The translations under genes were made by a program, and so were the position numbers. This document shows, in pieces, positions 51,991 to 63,964 of a stretch of DNA of 64,000 nt; position 1 is the stretch's first letter; each line of letters starts with the position of its first letter. The DNA comes from Lama glama. Taxonomy: Eukaryota. The notes below the pieces were generated by a model. It did not search any database. It saw only the letters and a program-made list of their open reading frames with translations, and was not told the DNA's origin. The DNA lies in the NCBI GenBank assembly GCA_028534125.1, contig CM052840.1, positions 1,426,001-1,490,000 on the forward strand. The letters are read 5' to 3'.

Positions 51991-52679
51991 GTGTATGCCA
52001 CTTCTAAAATTCTAGTTTTTTGAAGTGGAAAAGAAAAGTGAATGAAGGGCTGCAAATGGCAAAATTGTATTCCATTATATATATATATGCTATGCATTCA
52101 TCTATTGACGTGCACTTAGGATGCTTCCATATCTTGGCAATTATAAATAATGTTGCTATTAATAGCAAGGTATATATATATATCTTTCTGAATTAATTCT
52201 TATTTTGTGGTTGGCTTTTTTTTTCTTTTATAACTATGTTAAGTTTAAAAAGGTAAAGCTCTAAGGCTGAGAAATTAACAGAGCTTTCAATAGATGCGGA
52301 GGACCAGTGGACCAAAACCAGTGTTCAGAGCCGGGGGGTGGGCTGGAGCTGGTAAACGCTCAACCAGTGGTCAGGGAAGGGGAAAAAGCACTAATCTTTA
52401 TTTGACTTTCATATGTAACGGTTTCCTCTTGTAATCAATAGAGCAGCCACTAAAAGAATAGTGAAAGGTTATGAGACTACCAAACTGAATGAGGGAGAAA
52501 ATGCAATATTAAAAAAATAGCTAATTCAAAATATCAATAAAGGAGAGATAAACAAAGCAGGGTGGATTAAAAAAATAGCAATATGGTAGGTCTAAACCCA
52601 AATGTGTTAGTAATCCATGTAATAATAACCATATGTAGTAAAGATTAAATATAAATCAAATTCTCTAACTTAAAAACAG

Positions 52680-52835
52680 ATACAAAATACTGTATATAAA
52701 ATAGATAGACAGCAAGGTCCTCCTGTATAGCACAAGGAAGTATATTCAATATCCTGTAATAAACCATAATGGAAAACATTATAAATCAACTATACTTCAA
52801 TAAAATATATATATATAAATAAAAATTTAAAAAGC
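52680..52835 (+). mobile_element. Cetartiodactyl-type L1 3' end
   Basis: tatataaaatagat..caaggtcctcctgtatagcaca..tcaatatcctgtaataaaccataatggaaaa..aaatcaactatacttcaataaa. Confidence 0.85.
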
Positions 52836-53001
52836 TAAACTTCTAAATGTTCTTAGAAACAATGAACAGTACATGTATGTAAATTTTAAAAATATGTGCA
52901 GTATAATGTGTATATGTATTTACATGCAATACATTGTATATGTGTAGTCAAACTGTAACAATTCTACATAATAAAACTGAAAAATGAAAATAATAATAAT
53001 A

Positions 53002-53067
53002 AAAATAAGTAAACCTGATTACCTCCCCCAAAGAAATAACTTTAAGAATTTTTTTTAATTAAAAAAA
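53002..53067 (+). mobile_element. Camelid SINE tail (3' part of the split element)
   Basis: aaataagtaaacctgattacctcccccaaa matches the tail of intact copies (e.g. 60668-60692); right TSD AAGACTCAAGGGGA at 53068-53081. Confidence 0.88.
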
Positions 53068-53779
53068 AAGACTCAAGGGGAAACGTTCCTTTCTCCCTAT
53101 TACACTCCACCTAGAGGGAGGAGCAGCTATGCGTGTTCTCATTTCACTCTCAATGACGCTAAGAATGGGAATTCTGGACCTAGGGATTCTGCTCCAGGCC
53201 TTAAAAACTACGCCATACCTCATGACCTATGTGGCTCCAAAATTACAGAAAGGAAAACTTGGATGGGCAGTCATTTACAGGTTGAGGGACACAAGTTAAA
53301 TAGTAGAAATGTAATGTATTTTTTAATAAATCAATATTTCCCTTTGGCTCTCTCCATCTCCTTCCAACACTTCATAAAGTCCACCACATCTTAAGGGACC
53401 CAGTCAACCCTAGAAGCCGTCTTTGATGAAGATGTAAGAACTTCCTAGAACCGCATTTCTGGGATACAACTAAGGTTGATCTGATGGATGACTGGTGAAC
53501 TCAGAACCATGGAACAACTCTCCACCTCTCCTACTTGACTGGAGTCTGCCTCCATCCATTCCATCCCTCCTTCCTCCTTATGGTCTTCAAAAAGTGGTCA
53601 AGTGACTTTAAGGATTTTGGCATGAGAGAAGCAAATTACTCCAGAGAAATACTTTGGTGACCTCTTGTGCAGTCAGATTGTCCCCTGCTATCTGAACAGC
53701 ACAGTGCAAGGACAACAGGTAGCTCTAACCAGGACCGAGAGACTTTCAGAGACAAGAGCAGTCCCAGGGACCTTCAAAG

Positions 53780-54600
53780 GTTCCGGACCCCAGGTGTACC
53801 AACCCGCCGAGTAGCCCCCACCGGTGCCCCCTATTCCCCACGCCTCCCCTTCGAGCCCCCAGGTGGGCGGGGCTCCACTGACACCTTTCCCTGCAGCGCA
53901 GAGGGGGGAGGCGGGGCCGGGGACCGGCCAAGCCAATGCAGACGTCCCTGGTCACACGCAGCCGGCAAGCAGGCCAATGGGCGCCGGGGGGCGGGGACAG
54001 AGCCTCCGGCTCCGGGCGTTTATAACAACTCGGAATTCGGCGCCTAGTCGAGATCTCAGTCGCGGCTGTGGATTCCCGGGCTGGTTGTGGGTCAGGTGCC
54101 CCGGGCTCTAGCTCTCCCGGCGCAGCCGATTCCCCCTCCGCCCTCGCTCACCTCCTGCTTGCCATGGAGTCGTTGGCTTGCTCCCGGCGCCCCGGCCCGG
54201 CTCCCTCGGCCACCGCCTCCTTGACGGCGGAGGTCGTTCGGCCCCTGGCCGAGGGGCTCATCAAGTNNNNNNNNNNNNNNNNNNNNNNNNNNNNNNNNNN
54301 NNNNNNNNNNNNNNNNNNNNNNNNNNNNNNNNNNNNNNNNNNNNNNNNNNNNNNNNNNNNNNNNNNNNNNNNNNNNNNNNNNNNNNNNNNNNNNNNNNNN
54401 NNNNNNNNNNNNNNNNNNNNNNNNNNNNNNGGCGCTGGCCGGCCGGGCTCGGGGCTTGGCCGCTGGCGGTGAGTGGCGGAGGGTGGGCCGGGGGACAGTG
54501 CCTTGCTCGGCGGAGTTGCCCGCATTCAGTCTTTGCCGCGCTGAGGTTGCGGGTGTGTTGGCCGTCGGGGGTGCTGGTGGTGTCCACTTTAGGTTTGTCC
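53780..54600 (+). promoter_or_regulatory. NUAK2 CpG-island promoter: GC boxes, CCAAT at 53933 and 53974, TTTATAA at 54019-54025
   Basis: Motifs and CpG density seen directly upstream of the NUAK2 ATG. Confidence 0.85.
54164..54409 (+). CDS. NUAK2: NUAK family SNF1-like kinase 2, exon 1 (end inferred; lies in N gap 54267-54430)
   Basis: gccATGG; MESLACSRRPGPAPSA..RPLAEGLIK matches the NUAK2 N-terminus. The end assumes the ~48 further codons (SPKPLMKK..SGRL) I recall from orthologues. Confidence 0.88.
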
Positions 54601-55364
54601 ATGACTGTAGGGACAGTGGTCGTGGACCTGAGAACCCCGGCAACTCCAGAGTGTGATGATTACCAAATAAGCAAATTGGGGTGCATAGGGGACCAATAGT
54701 GTCCTGTCTTGGGATGAGAAGGCTCCCTAAAGAAGATGGGACTTGGGTTGAATTTTGCTTGTTATAGACTATTCAACAGAGTGCAATGGAAAGAGGAAGT
54801 AGAAGGCACCTGATCTTAATAGGGGGTTAGTAAATTTGTGTGTGGTTGAATGAATAAATGAATGAGATGCCCGATTCCTCAACTCAGTTCTAATAGTCTG
54901 GCAGCCCAGCCTACTATGGAGATATCCACTCCACCCCTCCACCCCCAAGCCTGTGACATTTAGGTCCCTTCCAGCTCTAAGACTGAGTCCAAATTTCATT
55001 ATGATAGGTTTTTAATTATGGGAAATGTGAACCAGGCTCTGGTGCAAGGTCCACTGTGCTCCCAAATACCTTTGGGTTTGACGGCTTTTCAGGTATATGT
55101 CCTGTTAATTTGCTGTGCACGTGTGTGTACTAGAAGTAATCTGTGGGACCTCGGGCAATTGACTTTTTCTCTGTACTCTCAGTTTCCACTTCTGCAAAAA
55201 TGAAGAAAACACGGCCTCCTTCACAGCTGCTATGAGGATTGAATGAGATACAAATATGAATTTAAATTGTTCCTAACAATAGATCCCACAATGAGAACTG
55301 ATATTTATATCTGGAAAATCCAGCCTCAAAAGGACAGTGAATTTCCTAAAAGTTAACAAACTTG

Positions 55365-55500
55365 AGTTTAATGTGCATAGGAATCACCTGGTGCTTGTTT
55401 AAAATGCTTCTCTGGTTCCACACTGATTTTATTCTGAAGGTCTAGGATGGGACCAAATAATGTGTATTTTAACAAGTCTTTGAGCATTAGGGATTGTTTT
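55365..55500. mobile_element. MER5-like MITE
   Basis: gaatcacctgg..cttgtttaaaatgc..ttctgaaggtctaggatggga..tattttaacaag. Confidence 0.6.
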
Positions 55501-56047
55501 GTGAAGTCTAGTTGGGTGCTGATTATGAGACGTGCATGTGTGTGCGTCTGCAGGTGTGTGTGGCCATGGTCTGCCTTATCAGTGATGGCAGCAGTCACCT
55601 CCGCAGTTTGTTTGCTTTTGCAGCCAGTAGCTGGTTTGAAATTCAAGAAGTCATTTCATTGGTGAAGGAGAGCGGATGATGGAGAAAGGGAGTGGATTAT
55701 GGCCCCATCAATAGAAGCGAGTATGTTTTTCCTGCTAACGCCTGGCACAGTCCCCAGTTGCCCGCTGCCAGGTTACAGCTATTGGGCAATCATGTACTTC
55801 CTGGTTTTCCTTTTCTTTCTCTTTCTATAAAGTGTGAGGGCCTGGGGAGGCTCCAGGCTTGAGACCCCTGGGCCCAGGCTTTGTCGGGGGCTCAACTGGA
55901 AAATCGCTGCTTGTGGCTTGTGGCTCGTGCCTCTTGTTGGGGGACACACTGGATTGGGGGGAAACTGAGGTGGCCTGGAAACTGAGATTGAAGTTCAGAG
56001 ATCCCATCAAGCTCTTGACCTTGGTCGCTACAAGCATGTACGTGTAC

Positions 56048-56077
56048 GTGTGTGTGTGTGTGTGTGTGTGTGTATTG

Positions 56078-56102
<25 letters not shown>
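56048..56102 (+). repeat. (TG)n..(AG)n compound microsatellite
   Basis: Seen directly. Confidence 0.95.
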
Positions 56103-56111
<9 letters not shown>

Positions 56112-56222
56112 TATATCATTGATTCTGGAATGAGATAAACCAGCTTTCAGTTTTCAAACCTCAGTGGCTGTAGGCAGGGATTCCAGCTCTTATTACATCA
56201 GAACACAGAGAATTCAGAAGGG

Positions 56223-56328
56223 AGGGCAAAGGGTATAGCTCAGTGGTAGAGTGTGTGCCTGACATGCACAAGGTCCTGGGTTCAGTCCCCAATAACTCTA
56301 TTAAAAAGAAAAGAAAGAAAGAAAAAAA
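56223..56328 (+). mobile_element. Camelid SINE
   Basis: TSD AGAGAATT(C/A)AGAAGGG at 56207-56222 and 56329-56344. Confidence 0.9.
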
Positions 56329-57514
56329 AGAGAATTAAGAAGGGGCTCCCTGGCCTCATAACTCTTGTCATATGCAGGGAGCCAAGATCAGTAGGCATGG
56401 GACCTGTCCTGTAGCTCCTGGTCCATAGACCACCCTATACTTCTGCTGGGAACTTACTCAGGGTCTCTCTCCTTGAAGAACAGCTCTGCTGTCCTAATGG
56501 TTTCTCACTTCTAGAGAGGAGTCTTCCTCCCTCCACCCCCATTCCTGCTTCTTCGCTGTCCTCCCTGAAGAGAGACCAACCTGGTGCCTCCGGGTCTTCA
56601 GCTGGGGAGAGGGGCATGGGAGCAGCCCACGACCTCCCTCAGAATGAACTGAGACTGTTGGTGGGGACTAGGTTCAGAGGAAGACCTGCTGAGCGACTTC
56701 CATCCCACTTTCTCTCCACCACACTTCCCATTCCCAGCCTGCCTGCCTAAATGAGATTATCAGGGGCCAGACGGGATTGTCCGGAGGGAGGGGCAGGTGG
56801 GCAGGACTAATGGCTGCTCCAGGAGGGCATCAAAGGAAAAACAAATATTTGCTCTGGATCTTCTAGCCCTGAGTACATTCCTGATGTCCAGATGACATTT
56901 CCTTCTGTGCCTTTTGCAGCTCTTATGACCACCCCACCCCCTAAAAAGAAAAACACCTGCTGGGGTCCCTGATATGGTGGTGCCCACCAAAGCTTTGGGG
57001 ATGATCTGCATGGAATTCTTACCTTCAAGGGGGCCACAAGGCACTTGAAGGGAGTCCAAGTGGATAGTGATCTGGGGCCAGGGTGCTTCTGTCTCATTTA
57101 TATATTGGATTGCTGCGTGGGATTTCAAAATGTTTGAAAATGACTGATTCCTTCATTGACAGATGGGGAAACTGAGGCCCAGGGAGAGCAGGTGACTTGT
57201 CCTGTGGCTGGTGAATGGCATGCCTGCAACACAGGCACCTGACTCGACTACTCCAGGCACTAGATGACCAGTGCTGAGTTGGGAGTTGGCTTTGAGCTGA
57301 GCCCAGGCTTGCCTCAGTGTGTTTTGTCATTCCAACTGCTTTCTCTGACCGCCTTTCCCAGAGCTCCAGGCGTGCTGAGGGTGGGAGGAGTCACTGGGAA
57401 CCACCCCCACCCCCACATACACACCGATTGTGTTGAGGGATCTTGGGTAGCTGAACTACGCTACATTCAAGGCTCTTACCTTGGCAGGAGGACTGCCCAG
57501 CTCAGCAGCAGACT

Positions 57515-57690
57515 GCAGGCGTTCAGACTCCTGGCTCTACTGCTTCCCAGCATGTGACTTCTCCGTATCTCAGTTTCCTCATCTGTAGAGTGGAGAGTAT
57601 AATAATTCATACCTCGTGGGGTTCTCATAGGATTAAATAAGAATATATGTAAAGTGCTCAGCACAGTAGCTGACACCCAGTGTTATTATC
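57515..57690 (+). mobile_element. MIR
   Basis: ctcagtttcctcatctgtaga..ggattaaataagaatatatgtaaagtgctcagcacag. Confidence 0.8.
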
Positions 57691-59155
57691 CCAGCAAGGC
57701 TGGCTTCACTAAGGTCCTACCCTCCCTCTCCTGGAGTCGGGGTGGGGGGTGCCCCCATCCAGGTCTATCCTGCCCCGAGCAAGAGAATTGGTTGTGCCTA
57801 GTTTCCCTAAGCCAAACCACTTTGATCTCTGCTTTGTTCAAAGTCCCAGTCCCTGCTTCAGCCCTTGATCCAAAGAAGGGCTCCTGCCTGGCCAGCAGCC
57901 AAAGGCCTCTTCTGCATGATGCTCCCCTCCCAGCTCCTCCTGCACCTGCCTGCTCAGCGGCAGGGAGGGAAACTCCGACTGCAGGCAACTCTTGTCCCTG
58001 GGCTCTGGCCAAACCACACAAGAGAGCTGGGCAGGGAAGTGCCTTGCCTGGTAGCGTGGCAGAGTGGGCAGGCAGGTGGCAAAGGGCGGTGGGCACAGCA
58101 TGAGATTTAGGGGAGGTGGCTTAGACCCCCCCCCCCTCGGAGTCCATTCCTTCCTCCCCTTGCCTGGTTCTCTGGCAGGCTTGGTGGGATAGTGGCCACC
58201 CTGCAAGCCTATCCCCACCCTGCCCAGCGCAGGCCAGCCCAGCTCAGCTTCTCCTCCGTTATCTAAATGGGTCATCCTCCAGCTCCTTGCTCCGCCTCCC
58301 GGAGGCAGCTGCTCCATGAAAGGCCAAAGAGGAGTCAAGGGTCTTGGCTCCAACTCTGGGCGATAGCTATGACTAGAGATGCCCAGCTTGTACCCTGTCT
58401 CTTGGCCCCTGAAACCAGTACCTCAAAATCTTCTTTTTCTAAGACCTTCTGCCTTCCTCTCCTGAATCCAGACTATTTTTCTGATTTCCTTGGGGGCCAA
58501 AGGAGGGGAGGAGAGTAACCCCAGCACCCATCTCTCCAGTGTGTCGTGTATCTGTAAGTGGGATGAGGGTGGCCAGGGGCACTGCACAGCCTGGCCCAAG
58601 GCAGAGGGTGGGGCATTCCCTTCTCCAGGAGTAGGAGGCAGGGAGGTAGAGGCAGGGAGGTGGAGGCAGGGCAGGGCATCTGCAAGGAACTTCTGTCTTC
58701 TGAGATGATAGCTTTCTCCAGGCAACACCCCTCCATCTTGGATCCTGACTGCCTTGGTGTGTTGGGGAACCTTGGAAGAGCCACCTTTCTGGATGTCAAT
58801 GTTTGCCACCTACAAAATGGGACAGGGAATTAGCCCTGCTGCCTTCCCAGTGTGCAGGGCTGCAGGGGCAAGAAAATCACTGGGCTGCTGTCAGTAGAAA
58901 TTTTGCTCGGGCAGGTTAACGTAGATATAGCAAGCCCACTGTAATAACTCCTGGGCTCTCCCCTTCCTGGCATAGTAGCAGGTGGCCCACTTCTGAAGAA
59001 GCTCAGCAGAGAAGACTAATGTTTAGAACGGAGCTCTTAGGTCCTGATGTGCAAATTTGTGAATGGTCTTTTCCTTCTGGCCTGTGCTCAAACCTCTCTC
59101 TGGTTGCTGCCTCCACCCCAAAGGTCTTCCCACCTTGCCTTGGTAAACCCCACCC

Positions 59156-59285
59156 TTTTCTGAAGGAGGGGTAATTAGGTTTATTTATTCATTTATTTTT
59201 TTTTTTAATTGAAGGTACTGAAGCTTGAACCCAGGCCCTTGTGCATGCTAAGCATGCATTCTACCACTGAGCTATGCCCTCCCCT
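59156..59285 (-). mobile_element. Camelid SINE
   Basis: ggggtaattaggtttatttatt..ttgaacccagg..catgctaagcatgcattctaccactgagctatgccctcccc. Confidence 0.9.
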
Positions 59286-60557
59286 CATCCGCAAACCCTA
59301 TTCCTCGTTCAAGTTCTAAGACAAAGTTTTCTCCCTGGGGTGGTTTTCCCTGATCCTCCAGGCAAAGGAAGCTCTCCAGAGCGCCGGGAGCCCCTGGCCA
59401 GGAAGGGATCTCAACTGTGGTGGTCATCACACTAGACTGGAGCTGACTTAATTGCCAGTCCTACCGCTGATCCGAGGCCCTTGGCACTGGGACTGTCCGA
59501 TTTTTGTCTGAATCCCCAGTACCTACCATAGTGCCAGGCACGTAGCAATAGGCTTTCAGCAGATGTTTGGAGAATAAATGCCCTTTTTATTTTTCAGATG
59601 AGGACATTAAAACTAGCCAGACCAGTTAACCAGATCATTGAAGTGGCTGTCTTGAGTTGCATAGTTCCAAAGGGGCAAATAAAGATCAGATGCCTGGGCT
59701 CTCGATCCGCATCCTCTGAGCTGGCGGTCACATTTCTGTGTCATTGTTGTGCCCGGGTTTCCTGCCCCCTCTGGGTGGGGGTGGCCAGTTACCATAACAT
59801 CTCACCTTGAATACTCCGGAGGATAAAAAGGATTTTTACTAATAATTACATGGGGTGAGCCAGGACTGTCTCCAGGCAGGCGTCCTCTGGCTGGTCCATT
59901 CAGTGACTGTTTTCTTCTTCCTTTCCTCTAGTCACTATATTTTTATACTAGAGAATGATTGCTCAACTATCTTGCAGATGAGAACAAAGGTCCCTCAAAA
60001 TGAGTTGTCATAAACAAGGCTGACTCTCCACCCATGCCGCGGAAGAAGGGCAGAAAATCTTATCTGGGCACTGATCCCATCAGTCAGGGATCAGCCCAGT
60101 GACTTAGCCAATAAATATTTTTTTGTGATTTGTGTTAACTGGTAAACAATTGTTGAAGGCTTTCTGTATGCTGAGCCCCTTCTAGGCCTGAGCTGTTGCT
60201 GTGTCTCACGTACTTTAACAGACTCACCAGCAGATAGTTAGAGGCCTGTCCATAGGGGCTGGCATAGGTGGGGGCACAGGTGCTAATCCCACAAGGGCAG
60301 TGACACATCACTCTTCTAGTCTGTAACCTGCTTGGGGACTGGTGGAGGCATGATGACCTAACTTGTTTCCTTCCTGGGACGTGTCAGCCAAGCTGTGGTC
60401 TCCTAAGACCTAACATAGCTGATGGAGGTTGGGGCGGTGGATAGGGGGCGGGATGGGGGTCCTTGACCTAGCCCCCTGAGGCCAGAGCATGAGCTTGCAG
60501 GAGGATGGAGCTGTCTCTTGAAGATTAACACTTCTGATTTAAAATCATAGGCTTCCA

Positions 60558-60715
60558 AAGGGGAGTGTATTTATTGCTCAGTGGTAGAGTGCATGCCTAG
60601 CATGCACGAGGTCCTAGGTTCAATCCCCAGTACCTCCACTGAAATCAATCAATCAATCAATCAATCAAACCTAATTACCACCCCCACCAAAAATCAAATC
60701 AAATCAAATCAAATG
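60558..60715 (+). mobile_element. Camelid SINE with (AATC)n and (AAATC)n tails
   Basis: Perfect 16-bp TSD AAATCATAGGCTTCCA at 60542-60557 and 60716-60731. Confidence 0.92.
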
Positions 60716-62459
60716 AAATCATAGGCTTCCAGAGTTGAAAGAGATGGATCTCAGGGTTCAACTTGTATACCTTCTACCCATACAGGCAGGGACTCCTCTT
60801 GGCACACCTCAGATCCTTTTCATTTTTTTTTTTTGAAACCTCTTTTCTTTTCCACCTTGTCTTCTTTAGAGCTCTGTCCCCTAGCCTATGTTTACCTCAT
60901 CGTATATGTTTGTGTGTACACAGTTGTACGTCCAGAATATGCCTAATGTTTGTATATGTGTGTATCTTAAACTCTCAAATATTTCTGTTTCATTATCTAG
61001 GTATGTGGGGGTTTTTTGAACGATCTATTAATTCAATTTTTATGGCCCTTTATCTGAAGAGCTTGTGGTATTTCATCTAGTGTCTGATTTTTAAAACAAA
61101 GAATTTAGAGAGAAAAGAACTAGTCCATAAAATCTCCCCTTCAGGGAGAGGAAAGGGCATGGAGCGGTGTTCAGGAACGAAGCTCCAGGTTGAATCCCCA
61201 TAGTTGGAGGATTTAAGCCCCTTTCCCCATCCCCGGCCCCTGTCCAATTCCAAGCCAGGGGTTTTTCTGCTTAGCTCATTGGAGTAGTTCGGAGCAGAAG
61301 GGATGGGGGGGGGGCGGGGTGAAGAGGGCGCTGAGGTGCAGCCCGGCCCCTGCAGCTGCAGCTGGGCCTCTCCAGGGGCTTGGGCAGGAGGCTCCATGGT
61401 GACCGCTGCTCCCGCTGCTATTGTCCTCCCTGCCCTGCTCGGGGAGGGCCAAAGAGCCGGGCCTCCCCTCTTTCAGGGATGCAGCTCCAGGGGAGGAGGA
61501 GGGGGCGGAGGGCACGCCATCCCTGGCCGGTTGCCGGGGTGACCGGGCCCAGGGCTTTGTGAGCTGCTCCTCTTACGGGATTACGGCTGTTCCGCATTCC
61601 TGTCCGAAAGGGACAGAGGCCCGCGTTCCGAGCCGGAAGCCTTTGTCTGCCTCCAGAGCCCTGTGAAAGGGGGGATTAGAGGCTCCGCCCCTCGGGTCCC
61701 GGTTTCCTTTTCTCTGTCTCCTTTTGAACCTAGAGGGGAGGCAAACCCTCCTGGGAAATGAATGAGGCGCTGTTTTCCTCGGCCTGCGCCTTCAGATTTC
61801 TCATAACTTGCCTGGCTCCCACGAAGGGGAAGTCTTGTATTTACCATTTATGTCCTTGAATAGGACTTGTCAGGAATTGACCAGCCCTGTGACACCCCAC
61901 CCCATCCCCGCCCAGCACCTGATGCCAGCACTGCAGCCTCCAAGGGCCCCGTGGCATTTATACGGTCATTTCACACAATTGGAGCGGGAAAGCACCTCTG
62001 ACATCTTAGCCCAGCCTGTTTATTTCACAGAAAAGAAAATTGAAACTGGGAGCGGGGGTGGACCTTGCCCACCAGGACAGCAGCAGAGCCTGGAGGGCCC
62101 AGGTCCGCTGACTCCCCACGCGATGCCTTCTCCATACACCACACGCGCAGTTGGTTTCTGTCACCCTCGCTGCTGAGTGCCGTGGAACAGGGTTGAGACA
62201 ACCCTGTCCCTAGGAGTTTTGCTTAAACTGCTTCTTGGCAGTTCTTTCTCCATTTCCTCTTGCCTCACTCCACCCTTCCTGAACCCACCACACATACCAG
62301 CCAGAGAGTTTAATCTTTATATGGTTTTTGCACCTTTACAAACAATAGCAAAGCCCAGAGGACTTTGTTTAATTGTCTAGTTGTTTGTTTGTTTGTTGCC
62401 GGAGGAGCGACATTACTTACCTAGACTGAAGAGACTGGCATTTTTACCATAACTTTTTT

Positions 62460-62711
62460 TTTTCAAGTATAATTGGTTACAATGTTGTGTCAATTTCTGG
62501 TTTACAGCATAATAGTTTGGTCATACATATACATACATATATTCATTTTCATATTCTTTTTCATTATAGGTTATTACAAGATATTGAATATAGTTCCCTG
62601 TACCATACAGTATAAACTTGTTTATCCATTTTATGTATATACGAATATATCTATATATCGAGGTATCTATAAATCTCGAACTCCCAGTTTATTCCTTCCC
62701 ACCCCGTTCCC
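62460..62711 (-). mobile_element. Camelid/cetartiodactyl L1 3' end
   Basis: TSD CCATAACTTTTTT at 62447-62459 and 62712-62724. Confidence 0.88.
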
Positions 62712-62727
62712 CCATAACTTTTTTGTG

Positions 62728-63170
62728 ATTTTTTTTATGTATGTATGGTAAAACATACATGACATAAAGTGTACCATTTTAATCGTTTTAAGTGTACAAT
62801 TCAACAGATCCACAATGTTGTACACCATCACCACTGTGCATTTCCAAAACCTTTTCATCATCTGAAGCAGAAGCTCTGTACCTATTAAACAATAACCCGC
62901 TGTCCCACCACCCCCACCTCCAATATCCCCACTCCTGGTAACCACTCTCCTCCTTTCTGTCCAGTGCATTTGCCTACTCTGGGTACCTCATGTAAGTAGA
63001 ATTGTACAATATTTGTCCTTGGGCGCCTGGCCTCTTGCACTGAGCATCGTGTTTTCAAGGGTCATCTATACTGTGCATGTATCAGTACTTCACTCCTTTT
63101 TATGGCTGAATAATAGTCCATAGGATGAATATACCATATTTTCTCTAGCCAGTCATCCATTAATGGACAT
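62728..63170 (-). mobile_element. L1MB-like 3' end
   Basis: ggtaaaacatacatgacataaag..agaagctctgtacctattaaacaataac..tttttatggctgaataatagtcca. Confidence 0.85.
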
Positions 63171-63788
63171 TATGAAGGAAAAAGTACCAGAGGCAGGATC
63201 AGATGGTCAATAGTGCCACCCCCTCTGCCCGTTAGTGACTGCGTGACTGAGCAGGTCATTTACCTTCCTTAGGAACCAGCTTCCTCACCTGGAAATGGGG
63301 TAATGATGCTTTCTGTGCCAACCTCCCAGGGTTGTTGTGAGGGCTGGTTCACTGGCTGCTGCAGTAATGGTTGTTCAGCCCCTACTGTGTGCCAGGCACT
63401 ATGCTCGCTATCCAGTGATGAGCAGAACACGCCCAGTCCTTTCCTTGTAGTGGAATGTGGTAAATCTGCAATCATAAAGCATTGGCCTTACAAATGCAGG
63501 TTGTTACCTACCTTCTGCATCTGTGGACTCTGAATAAGGTCATTGATCCATTCTCCTTCCTGCTACATAAACTGCACCTAACCTAGTGAGAGCCTTCTCT
63601 AGAGAAGGTGTTCTCCAGCCTCTCTGCCACCTGCCCCACTGAAGGATGGAGAGGCTTCTCTGGGTGCGCCCTGTGGCCTTTGTAGCAGCTGTAGGCACAT
63701 CACCAGGATCAGGGCTCTCAGAGTGTCCTTGGGGACGCCTTTACCTACCAGACCTTTCTCTTCACTCTCTTGCATTCTCTGTTCCCAG

Positions 63789-63909
63789 GTGGCCATCAAG
63801 TCAATCCGGAAAGACAAAATCAAAGATGAGCAAGATCTGATGCACATTCGGCGAGAGATTGAGATTATGTCGTCACTCAATCACCCCCACATCATTGCCA
63901 TCCATGAAG
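63789..63909 (+). CDS. NUAK2: NUAK2 exon 2 (121 nt, kinase subdomains II-IV)
   Basis: cccag|GTG; [40 protein letters not shown]; G|gtacag donor. The gene continues beyond the window. Confidence 0.97.
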
Positions 63910-63938
63910 GTACAGGGGCAGAGTATTTGAACCTGGGA

Positions 63939-63964
63939 GTGTGTGTGTGTGTGTGTGTGTGTGT
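63939..63964 (+). repeat. (TG)n microsatellite
   Basis: Seen directly. Confidence 0.95.

Noticed and set aside
51998-52028. Hairpin CCACTTC..GAAGTGG at a junction in the mosaic insert
   Set aside because: Only a 7-bp perfect stem; too short to support a function.
53417-53490. C/D-box-like motifs (TGATGA..CTGA)
   Set aside because: Intergenic, weak terminal stem and no recognisable rRNA guide; likely chance.
54164-54266. NUAK2 N-terminus ~5 aa longer than human
   Set aside because: As I recall, rodent NUAK2 is similarly longer here; this is a variable low-complexity segment, not a camelid novelty.
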